Assembly: GCA_032718475.1 (NCBI GenBank)
Contig: JAUCBJ010000345.1
Location: forward strand, 1-44,976
DNA from: Nemertoderma westbladi
Lineage: Eukaryota; Animalia; Xenacoelomorpha
Direction of reading: 5' to 3'
DNA length: 44,976 nucleotides
The notes under the pieces are model-generated. The model worked only from the letters and a program-made list of their open reading frames with translations, was not told the DNA's origin and did not search any database. Positions 24,143 to 34,527 of the stretch are shown piece after piece (the stretch's first letter is position 1; the number at the start of each line of letters is the position of its first letter). Made by a program: the position numbers and the translations under genes.

Positions 24143-25698
24143 GTGAGTCCGAACTACATGTCCAATTCAGTGATGTGAACGACACTGATCAATCTGAGAT
24201 GGAAGGATTCTATACGGACGAATTCTCCGACCAAAGTTCTGAAATGGAAGGATTCTATACGGACGAATTCTCCGACCAAAACGAAACCTGTTACCTAATA
24301 AACACCACCGCAGTGTATCGAGCACTCGTGCATGAGAAAGACACAGACAGCGACCTTACCTTAACTACTTCCGATCAACAACCATCTTGGAAAGCGCCAA
24401 CTTCCAATATAGGAATCCGAGAATTTCCTGTAGTCCAGTTACGGGTCCACGGACCTCAGAAGAGCTATATAGTGAACGCCCTCCTGGACTCCGGCAGCAC
24501 AGGAACATTCATCGATAAAGAACTAGCCGAAGACATCTTTGCTGGACAACCCAAGTTCCGAACCAAGCTAAACATGTCAGGGATCATGCAGGTTTGGAAA
24601 TCTGCTGTGGCTGCCGACTATTATATAGGTGAGTTGTCCACTCCACAGGATAAACTAGGAGAACACAGTATAAGGTCAGTCAAAATGGTGGCAATAAAGA
24701 ACTTCGCTACTACTCAAGCAGACCTTTATAATTGGGACGAGGATGAGAGCATCCAACATCTTAAGATACCTCGATTCCAGACTGATTATCCTGGAGTGCA
24801 AATACTCATCGGCCAAAACGCGCATGAGGCGCTGGAGACATTAGAGAAACGACCTACTCAACCGCAACCACTTCAGACCTATGCTGTAAGAACTAGAGTA
24901 GGTTGGTACCTTACTGGACCTTCCCGTAGAACGCTCAGGGAAAGACTGCTTCAAGATCGCGTCTGCCAGGTGAGTGAATGGGAAGACGATACTAGTGAGG
25001 GAGACGACCCAACTGAGGGAACACCACACTCCTCAGATAATGACAATCTTAGCTCCAATGTAGATCAATGGAGATATTGCCCCAAGAAGTTTAATCCAAC
25101 TGACATCGCTTCCAGAGGAGCAACTCCTCAAGAACTGACAGATACTACAGACCGGTTAGGTGAACCCGACTTCCTGAGTAAGGAGGATGAATGGCCTCCC
25201 CATCTTACTCCGACTGAGATTAGACCAGCCAAGGGAGCGGAGAAAGTTAAACCTAAAACCCGGACGGGTGGAGCGGAGTTATTTGAACCCGGGATAGATC
25301 TGTCGGTATTACATATTGCCAGGGACGACGCCGTGGATCTGGACCTCCCCACCGCGAGTGGATCCTTCATGAAGATCAGAGAGAGCGATTGGAGCTCTGG
25401 AACATCAGACGTCTCGCAGGGACTCTCACCTCTCCTGCAGGGAGCGACGGACCACTATAGCTCCTGGAATCGGCTTTGTAAGGCCGTCGTGTACTTAGAG
25501 CGATGTTTCTATCGTCACTATTCCAGGACGAAGAGGAAACCTGGAATTGTATTCGGGATGCAGCGACTCAATCACCCAGTCGGTCGTTTGTGTTTACCGG
25601 AAGGGAATGGAGGACTCTCCGGAAACTGTGGAAGGCAAGATTCTCTTCCCACGACCACCTCCCTAATCCTTCAAACATCTAGGGACTCCATAACGTAA
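23995..25698 (+). CDS. Gag Zn knuckles 2-3, aspartic protease and in-frame remnants of pol (RT, RNase H core and IN core deleted)
   Basis: CYNCLRRGHQRRTC, CAKCGAKHHILLH, ALLDSGS, AVRTRVGW, then directly QWRYCPKKFNPTDIASRG, HYSSWNRLCKAV and HPVGRLCLPE. Confidence 0.9.
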   Translation: MWDKRLCYNCLRRGHQRRTCYSDARCAKCGAKHHILLHTEFERNSPSQISESELHVQFSDVNDTDQSEMEGFYTDEFSDQSSEMEGFYTDEFSDQNETCYLINTTAVYRALVHEKDTDSDLTLTTSDQQPSWKAPTSNIGIREFPVVQLRVHGPQKSYIVNALLDSGSTGTFIDKELAEDIFAGQPKFRTKLNMSGIMQVWKSAVAADYYIGELSTPQDKLGEHSIRSVKMVAIKNFATTQADLYNWDEDESIQHLKIPRFQTDYPGVQILIGQNAHEALETLEKRPTQPQPLQTYAVRTRVGWYLTGPSRRTLRERLLQDRVCQVSEWEDDTSEGDDPTEGTPHSSDNDNLSSNVDQWRYCPKKFNPTDIASRGATPQELTDTTDRLGEPDFLSKEDEWPPHLTPTEIRPAKGAEKVKPKTRTGGAELFEPGIDLSVLHIARDDAVDLDLPTASGSFMKIRESDWSSGTSDVSQGLSPLLQGATDHYSSWNRLCKAVVYLERCFYRHYSRTKRKPGIVFGMQRLNHPVGRLCLPEGNGGLSGNCGRQDSLPTTTSLILQTSRDSIT

Positions 25699-26221
25699 CA
25701 ACATATGGAGTGGGTGTGTGACTCTATTATTTTATATTATTTTATTATTTTTATATTTCTGTATGTATTACTATGTAATTTTATTATAATCGTTTTCTTT
25801 AATTTTATTCAGTAGAATGTTATTTTAGCGATCATTTAGTAGATTAGTGCAATATATATTCGCGTTTATTACTTAATTACGTATATATTATATTTAATGC
25901 GACGGCAAGAAATAATTCTTTTTCTCTTTCCTTACTGTCCGTATCATATTATAAATACGTGACTACAGTAAGATGAAATGTCCGTACTTATTAAAGTACA
26001 ATAAAGCCACTACTATATTAAAGTATTATTGGTAGGCAGAGTATTAGGAATGCAAAGTTCAGATCCTCGTGTCTCGGCTAAACCAAGCTCTGGGTAGACC
26101 TTGGAAACGACTTGCCTCTTCACACTGACATTGCTTCGTGCGATATTGCTCTCATACCGTATATTAAATAATACATATAGTAGCATGATGTCCCTTTAAC
26201 AGTAGCGCATAACGCAAAATA

Positions 26222-26522
26222 AATCTGTTAAACCCTTTGACCATCTGTAATTCTAGTCGATTAAGATATCGCGGCACCCACCGATATACTTGAAAGACAA
26301 ATTCTAGAATCAGTGGTTAACGTCCCCAGACAAGTTCTGGAATAAATCGGTGCCCATCTCAAATATTAATTATTTAATATTTGCAAATCTAATAAATCAA
26401 ATCTGTAAAATTCAGATCCTTCAACAATTCTAGTCAATTAAGATATCGTAGCATTTACCGATATTCTTAAAAAGACAATTGTCATAGAATTAAGGATCTT
26501 GTGTCCCCAGACATGTTCTAGA
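26222..26522 (+). repeat. Diverged direct duplication (~120 bp, period ~177) in the 3' non-coding region
   Basis: AATTCTAGTCRATTAAGATATCG...CCGATAT.CTT.AAAGACAA...GTCCCCAGACA.GTTCT occurs twice. Confidence 0.75.
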
Positions 26523-28758
26523 ATCAAAATATGTCAATTTAATTATCAAATAATAAAATTTCAGGGAATAAATTTAAATTCATGCCTTTTAATGAATTTA
26601 ATAAATTGCCATTTTTACGCAATTTATAACATTCCCCAAAATTCCATTAATTAATAGATCAAGGGAGCGGAGATTTATCTTATCATGCGTATGAGAGTGT
26701 GAAAGTCTCCCAAACATAGTCAATAGCCGATAAAATTCATAAAGTCATGTATAAAACAGAACATTGACTATTAAAGAATACTATTAAATAACATCCCAGA
26801 TCTGTATGCATTGGAATTACCCTAATTCTACCGCTAGCTTTGCATAATGTCACCATAGCAACAACCACGCTAGAATTAGAATTGAGTTAAAAGAACAATA
26901 GAAAGCTTGTCCCATTGAATGGCATAGGGAATAAATAGCGCACTACTAGTATCCAAGGATACATAATAATACAGTGACATTCTGGAAGGCATTGACTAAC
27001 GGACAAATGGCCCGAATGTGTGTAATTTGTGACAAGTTGTGTGTGTGGTATTTGTGAGTTTATAGGTGAATGTTACTGCTAAGGTGTGTTTACAGTAGCT
27101 AGTCGCAATCGTAAAAGTAACCTAACTCTCCAAGGAAAACCTGAAGTACATCTAAGCCTTTGGGACGGACAGTCGAGTGACTTGTGCCGGTTGTCGTTGT
27201 CGTTGCGCGGCTACGTCATTGGCGAAAGTACAGCGGCGACGACACATTGGCGCTGAGGATCTCGTACTGTCCGGGGGTTGATTGGGGTAGGCAGCGACGC
27301 CCGCTCGCCTAAATATAAACTCATTATAATATGGATAAACTCATATATAGCAGATATGACGGAGTTGATAGAAGATGGTCTTAGTATCGGGGAGCGATAT
27401 ACTCTACTTTTACAAGCGTTTGTTGATAGCTTAATACGCGGCGACGTTAGTCCAACTGCTGCGGAGGACGATGGTCGTTATATCGAACCGCCAATGTCCC
27501 AAGAGCAGCTCGCGCGAGTTGGACTATAGAAAATTCGCTGCTCGATATACGCAGCGTAATGGTACGTATATGGTCTTCTTAACTACTAGGTCATCCTATC
27601 GATTTACATAATACGGACTATGTCGACTATATATCCTGCCCAGCGGAGTCGGAACCATAAACTGAAATTCGAATGCGAAAAATTCTATTCGAAATCGACT
27701 CGAAAGAAAAGACACTAAAGAAACAAATAAACGCGGTAACTCCAACGTATATTTGGAATTCTTGATAGAAGCATTGTAACAACAAATAAATATCACCCGC
27801 GTTTCCCCTACCAGACGTGCGTCTTTGGTATTATTATGATAAATGCCCTAGACCCAACTAATAAACGGAAAGACATAAACATCCACGGAAACGTTGTGTT
27901 AAACACAGTTGTGCTCGTTATATTTACTGGAGTTTCGAGCGAAACTTGTTTGACGTATCACCTATGCTCACTCGGCTCGAACGATCCTGGAGTAAACCTA
28001 CGATCAGAGTCCCGGAATACTCGGTCAAACCTCCTCATTCCTTAGTTGGACCTCAGAACTGCGATCCTGATGGTGTCGCGGATCCTCGCGGACTGTATTC
28101 ACTGTTCAAAGATCTAGTGCTACCCTAACCATTAATCGGTAACACTCCGACAGTGATTTCTAGCTAGCCGCCCATCTTACCTAGCCGGATTGTGACGCGG
28201 ACACCTAATATCACTATCCAACCGTATGGTCGTCCCCGTTTAACGCGATACAACCCCTCATCAAGGTAAAGGAGAGCGTTGTACGAAACGAGTTAAACGC
28301 TATTCTATAAAGATCAAAAAAGAAACCTGCGTTTGTTCAGATAAACGTAAGTTCTAACAGTAAGTCCAATCGATAAACGAATTGGCCTTATCTCAATTCG
28401 ATTGGGAAATCCAGAATCTCTAAGAAGTTATCGAACTTGGACGATCCTATTCTCTGCGAGAGTTTTGGATGAACGTATCCAGCTACGAGCGGAGGAAAAT
28501 CAGCTCGAGGAGAAGCATATCGAAACGGCAGATACCTCGACCATAAACCTACACCTTCTGATGCAATCATATTGCACCCTTCACCCAGGAGTTATGGCCC
28601 TCCTAGTAAAGTGGCTCCCCCCAAAGAGAAAAAGACTCTTGCTAGCCTCAAAAAACTGCGTAAACGCCGTCTGCGTAAGAAAGACTAACTGTTTAGAGTA
28701 TCTTTATGTTTTAGAAACTGTGATTTTTATATTTTATAGACTGAAAATCCCATTTTCT

Positions 28759-28766
28759 GGGAGCGG
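28759..28766 (+). promoter_or_regulatory. Polypurine-tract-like plus-strand primer site
   Basis: GGGAGCGG abuts the TGT start of the 3' LTR. Confidence 0.75.
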
Positions 28767-29956
28767 TGTAAAAGCTTTTGCTGAATTGTCCGGTTATTTT
28801 TCCTTATTTTTCCCGTAAAATACTCTGTAGTTGGTTTACCAGGCATAAAAAGGCCGTGTCCTTGCTGTACTGGTGTTTTAGCGGACATAAAAGCTATTTC
28901 TTCTGTATTTGTACTTTAGAGGACATAATCCGTAATTCCGTGACGTAAAAGCTCGATACTCTTGAAAACAGTGTCGCTACCATGACGACGGCTAGCAGCT
29001 GATATTGCCACGTCGACGTTTCTTTGTTTCTTTGTTCTCTCGTTGTTCAGGTTGACCAATCAGAGCGTTTGTTGTCTCTGTGTTGGAGGTGTATACAGAA
29101 ACTCAGTAGTTCAGTGTTATGTTTTGCCCAGAGCCTAAGAACCGGCTTTTGGCACCTCCGTGTTTTCAGTTTTTAGTCCTACACTAGTAGGCTTAATTAT
29201 AAGGACATATATCCGTTATCTGATGTCTGCATACTGCAGTACTGCATACACTGCATACTGTGTAACACTGTGCATACTTTTATATTGTTATACTGCTATT
29301 TACTGTCAGTTCTTCATAATATGGTTGATGAATTATTATATTTGGAATAACGACAAATAACCCCAAAAACCCAATATTCTTGATATACCGAAGGTAAGAG
29401 AGAAAGGTTACAGATAAATGATTGCGACCCATGTTGAGTGGTTTGAAGTGAATCTAATGTTATTTGATAGACCCTACATGATTCGGTCCGTGTTCCTTTT
29501 ATATGTGACTAAAATCAGTGAAGATCGGCATATCAGTGTGCAGTATTGTGCAGCATTGTGTATGAGTGAGACTGATAACGAAGCATTTCCTAAAGAATGC
29601 GCCATATATGTGAATTGTAACTAAGCCATATCGTTGTGAGTAGTTTAAGTCATAACTCTGTTTATATAGATAGAGCGCCACGTCCTAAAGGAACTGTTAA
29701 TATTTCCCGAAGGTGAATAATATTGTCAGAGATTATATAATACTGTCAGTCGAATAATACATTAGGCTTACATAGCAATACGATTAAGCCGTCGAACCCA
29801 ATCTCCCGGGTATATCCAGCGGGTGAATGATCGCGCACAGATTGGTTTCGACTAGTGTAGTGAATTAAATACTTGTCATAGACTAAAGGTGATTTATTAT
29901 CTAGAAGACATCCTAATTTGGCGGGTTAAACTGCCAAAGGTCTGAAAGCGCGAACA
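28767..29956 (+). repeat. 3' LTR (1190 bp)
   Basis: Direct repeat of 18049-19238. Confidence 0.97.
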
Positions 29957-29961
29957 TCTTT

Positions 29962-32127
29962 GATGTGATTTACTATCTCAACAAAGTCATTCTCATCTTC
30001 AGTTTCTGATGTATGTTGTGTTGTGTTATATACTCTACCCTTAGTTTTCTTTTGGGTATTATTTTCTTCTTCGGGTTTATCCCCGAATCCCTTCCGTTCA
30101 TTATCTATGTATTTTAATGAAACTTCCCATTTGAGAAAACTACGGAATTCTGTCATTGTTGGTTCTCGTTTCTCACTGCTCTAATAGTAGCAATCCTTTT
30201 ATTCCAAGCTCGTCCAAATCCACCGCCTGGTAAGGATGCTGTAATTAGTTTAACTGTCATTTCATTATCATAGCTGGCGCTTTTCTCTAACCAATCTAAT
30301 TGTTTGATTAACCATTCGATCTCATCGGCAAATCGCACAAATCCATCATTGGTTACTTTGCGCTTCTGCGTTAACTCACCATATATACTTGTGGTCAGTG
30401 CCATTGGATTGCCGTATCTTTCAGTTAACGTTTCCATAACCAATTTAGTTGCATTTTTCCTGGACCTGAATCCAGAAGCAACCCGCTTCGGTTCACCATC
30501 AAGCATATCAAGTAACAACTTGAGTTTCTCATTCTCAGGTAACGGCACGTCTTCAATGGTTGTCTCATATTGATCCAAAAACGGTATCCAATCACTGAGC
30601 TTACCATCGAACTTTGCGGTTACACCAGAAGCTACAGCTGCCCTTGCATCAGTTCTAGCCATTTGTCTAGAACAGCTATCCTGTATGCCTGCATGTATAA
30701 ACGTTGAATGGTCCATGCTGGTATAGCCTTCATTACGTTTAAGGATTGTCGGTATATTTGGATCTGAATTATAAATACGAGATTCATCTCTGGTCATTTC
30801 AGACTCCGTTCCCGTTACTCGAGAAGTATGCTCAAGTAAATTTCTAGCTTGACTTGCTGCTTGCCTGGGTACTTGATCTTGACTGCTAGATATATAATCC
30901 TGTCGCAGTGCACATTCCTGCCTAAGTCCATCAAGAATTTGTCCATATGATGTTTCTCGTTTTTGAAACTTTTTTAATTTCTCATGAGACAAATCTATAT
31001 TTTGAAGATTCTCATTTAATCGTAGTTGATTAATATGCAGATCATCACGCAACTGTTGGACTCTCTCCTCCTCTGATACTACACCAAGTTGAGGTGCATA
31101 CGTGTCCCGAGAAGGAGAGGAGAATGGTCTGAATACTCTAGTCGGTTGATGAAATGTCCGACTATTTGGATTCAATGGCCGTCCGGGACAAAACTCACTG
31201 TTTCCAGGTAGAATTGTACTGGATAATGGCGCATTATGATATCTTGATTTATTATTTTGATTAAGTCAGAAATGGATTCTTGGTTATTTATAGAAGGGTC
31301 AACAATATTTGAAACATTATTGACATTACTGTCCCTTCTGTCATTTCCACACGATGGTCTATCAGTATGCCGATGCCTGTTCTGCTCAAAATCATCAACA
31401 GTTTTCCTAAGATTTGATCTGACTATGGGATCAGAACTTAAATCAATCTTAGGAGTTTGATGAGTTAAAGGAACATCATCAGATTTTCGATATTTATCCG
31501 ATGGAGTAGTAAGATAGGTGTTATTTATTGATTTATCGCTTCGTTTTTTAACCTTTCTAGAACGCCTAGTTCTATCACTTCCATTATTAAAATCCTCAAC
31601 ATCCGTTGCACTATAGCAACTAGCTGATGATTCTTTACTTAATCCCCAACTAACTCTTTTCTTACTACTATCCAAAGTAATATGTATAAATCATTGTTGG
31701 ATTTATCTTTATTTAATAACCTTTGATCTTTTAATATTTTCTCATTCCTTTCTATATTTTTCCTAACTGATTCAGCTGTTTTCAATGCATCCGTTCGGAT
31801 TTTTAAATTCAAACTTTCTTGTTCAGCCTTGGCTTTATCTTGTGCTAGCTTAATTAATTTTAAATCAGCCGCTACTTTATTTTTCTGTATTTCAATCTCA
31901 GCTCTCTCTTGATCAGCCTTAGCTTCATTGCTCAGCTTAAGATTTTCGGCTTCCATTGCTAATCTGTCCCTCTCACAAGTCAAATCCAACTGCCTCTGCA
32001 ACTTCTCTCTTGCAGCATCTTCTTCCAGTTTGAATCTTGCCTCTCTTATTTCTTCAACTTCATCAGCCATCTCTCTGATTATCGTCTGAGCCGCTTCGCT
32101 ACTAGGACGTAATCCTTTAAGTCTAGC
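29962..32127 (-). pseudogene. gag: Host BEL/Pao gag N-terminal two-thirds, several frameshifts, 5'-truncated
   Basis: ORFs 31639..32220, 31172..31675, 30153..31175 and 29926..30156. KFDGKLSDWIPF...EKLKLLLDMLDGEPK...LTERYGN; RLKGLRPSSEAA matches the nested element's RLEGLSPNSEGA. Confidence 0.9.
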
Positions 32128-32517
32128 TGTGCATTGTACTTGACACAATGAACCCGGCGTAGCATTCTTGTGAATGTGCCACCCAGAGATTTGGTGTCCT
32201 CCGCAGTTAGAGCCCAGCATGGACTCCCATAGAGGAGTACTGGAACTACTGCTACTCTAAATAATCGGGCCTTAAGTTTCCGATTAATTCTTGGTGACTT
32301 CCAAATCCTGGAAAGTCTATTCAAGGCTGCCCATGCCTTTCCCTTACGTATTCGAATGTCCTCACCTGACTTCCGGATCCATGATCCCAGGTAACAGAAG
32401 TCATCCACATGCTCAAGCATACCATCTTTTGAGCTTATGCCCATCCGATCAGAGACTTGCTGAGGACTTCCAAAGTTAACTGTCAAAATTTTGGTCTTTC
32501 TGGAGTAAATAAAAAGA
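32128..32517 (-). mobile_element. RTE-type LINE fragment (copy 3), including the 5'-truncation end
   Basis: Reverse complement of ~2955-3350; 32128-32410 duplicates 6130-6412. Confidence 0.92.
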
Positions 32518-32822
32518 AATAATCCAAAGTACAACAACGAGTAACAATGAGCAACAACGAGCAACAATGAGCAACAACGAGCAACAATGAGCAACAATGA
32601 ACAACAATGTGCAACAACGAGCGACAACGAGCAATAATAAAGTACAACAATGAGTAACAATGAGCAATAACGAACAACAATGAGCAAAACAATGAGCAAC
32701 AATGAGCAACAACGAGCAAGAACGAGCAACAATGAGCAACAACGAGCAATAATAAAGTACAACAACGAGTAACAATGAGCAACAACGAGCAACAATGAGC
32801 AACAACGAGCAACAATGAGCAA
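32518..32822 (+). repeat. 10-bp minisatellite array 3
   Basis: (CAACAAYGAG)n. Confidence 0.95.
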
Positions 32823-33098
32823 CATTACATTACGGGCATCCTCAAACGTAATAAACCAATACGATTTTACATTATTTCCTCTTGACAAGTAGACACCATT
32901 ATTATCAGATTTTTCTGAAGCAATTATAATTACATCGCGATTCAGTGTGCATACAAAATCTTTACGTAATCTACTAGGTTTCGTTTTCAGTTCAAGTTCC
33001 TCAGGATTGCAAAGAAGCACATTTAAATGAGTTTTAGAATACCATGATTGCTTGTCGCTGCTGGCAGTAACTGATGCCATTTCATCCCCACCCTCCAT
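32823..33098 (-). pseudogene. 5' remnant of the Foldback element's own gene (putative transposase N-terminus)
   Basis: ATG-initiated non-repetitive 92-aa stretch MEGGDEMASV...KSDNNGVYLSRG...FEDARNV located ~120 bp inside the right array. Identity not established. Confidence 0.4.
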
Positions 33099-33220
33099 TA
33101 TAAGGGACAGGTAGTTTCAGATTTTATAAAATGGAAATTAGATAGCCCTACATTATACTACACTACATTTCATAATACACTTATAACTTATGTTGGGCAC
33201 AGCTTTTGCAAAGTCGGCGA

Positions 33221-34066
33221 GTTGTTGCTCATTGTTGTACTTTATTATTGCTCGTTGTTGCTTATTGTTGCCCGTTGTTGCTCATTGTTGTACTTTATTA
33301 TTGCTCGTTGTTGCTTATTGTTGCCCGTTGTTGCTCGTTGTTGCTCATTGTTGCTCATTGTTGCTCGTTGTTGCTCATTGTTGCTCATTGTTGCTCGTTG
33401 TTGCTCATTGTTGCTCGTTGTTGGTCATTGCTGCTCATTGTTAATCGTTGTTGTACTTTATTATAGCTTGTTGTTGCTCATTGTTGCTTGTTGTTGCTCA
33501 TTGTTGCTCGTTGTTGCTCGTTGTTGCTCATTGTTGCTCGTTGTTGCTCATTGTTGCTCATTGTTACTCGTTGTTGTATATTATTGCTCGTTGTTGCTCA
33601 TTGTTGCTCACTGTTGCTCGTTGTTGCTCATTGTTGCTCGTTATTGGTCATTGTTGGTCATTGTTGCTCGTTGTTGTACTTTATTATTGCTCGTTGTTGC
33701 TCATTCTTGCTCGTTGTTGCTCGTTCTTGCTCATTGTTGCTCGTTGTTGCTCATTGTTGCTCATTGTTACTCGTTGTTGTATATTATTGCTCGTTGTTGC
33801 TCATTGTTGCTCATTGTTGCTCACTGTTGCTCGTTGTTGCTCATTGTTGCTCGTTATTGGTCATTGTTGGTCATTGTTGCTCGTTGTTGTACTATTGCTC
33901 GTTGTTGCTCATTCTTGCTCGTTGTTGCTCGTTATTGCTCATTGTTGCTCGTTGTTGCTCATTGTTGGTCATTGTTGCTCGTTGTTGCTCGTTGTTGCTA
34001 ATTGTTGCTCGTTGTTGCTCATTGTTGCTCGTTGTTGCTCGTTGTTGCTCATTGTTGCTCGTTGTG
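33221..34066 (-). repeat. 10-bp minisatellite, right TIR array (CTCRTTGTTG)n
   Basis: Reverse complement of the left arrays; runs into the terminal inverted sequence. Confidence 0.95.
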
Positions 34067-34171
34067 CATTTTAGCACCTACCATTACAATGCTCAAATGC
34101 GTTACTTAATGCCCACAAAATATTAAAAGACGTACAAATATATTTTACTTTATTATAGTGTCTGTCAAATC

Positions 34172-34527
34172 ATGTCAATTTTAGCCGCATTTAAGATTCT
34201 AGGAGCGTTGGAATTAGTGGGGCCTATCTACTCTACATTCTATGTCGTAAAAATAATGTACCAAAACCATGGAAAAATGTATGTAAACATTAATATTAAA
34301 TTCAATGGAATAGTCCTATTGTATTCGACTACTTTCATGTTGTCACTCATTACGACATTCTCGTCATGCACTGACTCCAATGTGGATCAGACTAGTACCA
34401 GTTGTCAGCGATACTGGCAGTTTGGAAAGGGGCCACATTCATTCCTGGCTAATACGAAACTAATCAACCACGTAATAACTACTCAGAAAGTTCTGTCAGT
34501 CATTGACTGTTCACGGAGATGTTTGAG
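34172..34527 (+). CDS. Host gene exon 1: signal-peptide-like segment and start of a PAN/Apple domain (start ATG could be 34172, 34256 or 34277)
   Basis: Hydrophobic stretch IVLLYSTTFMLSLITTFSSC, then LINHVITTQKVLSVIDCSRRCL, ending at the donor AG|GTGAGT (phase 2). Confidence 0.8.

Larger units (their letters stand above)
18049..29956 (+). mobile_element. Young non-autonomous BEL/Pao LTR element (11,908 bp) nested antisense in the host gag
   Basis: Two 1190-bp TG...CA LTRs and 5-bp TSD TCTTT (18044-18048, 29957-29961). Removing it rejoins the host gag frame (NHIKD|VFKKQ*GNNY...). Confidence 0.97.
6413..32127 (-). mobile_element. Decayed BEL/Pao LTR retrotransposon (host element); 5' LTR and gag start missing; carries nested insertions
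   Basis: Gag-PR-RT-RH-IN order on the minus strand, three BEL-type Zn knuckles, multiple stops and frameshifts, long 3' region and candidate 3' LTR. Confidence 0.9.
4724..34082. mobile_element. Foldback/Mutator-like DNA transposon, expanded to 29.4 kb by nested insertions
   Basis: Termini GGTAGGTGCTAAAATGCACAACG (4724) and CGTTGTGCATTTTAGCACCTACC (34082) are perfect inverted repeats that continue into inverted 10-bp arrays. 9-bp TSD ATTACAATG at 4715-4723 and 34083-34091. Confidence 0.9.

Noticed and set aside
21800-25370. Minus-strand ORFs overlapping the nested gag-PR
   Set aside because: Antisense shadows of a long coding frame and of the AAAAEAERK repeat.
27781-28400. Alternative genetic code (TAA/TAG read-through), because one frame has only TAA/TAG stops
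   Set aside because: TGA stops occur in the same frame just upstream, and long ORFs elsewhere in the window end normally at TAA/TAG.
25699-28766. env gene in the nested element
   Set aside because: No long ORF, signal peptide or transmembrane anchor on either strand.
32079-33098. 339-aa ORF as a real fusion protein
   Set aside because: A chance read-through of the Foldback internal segment, minisatellite, LINE RT fragment and out-of-frame gag.
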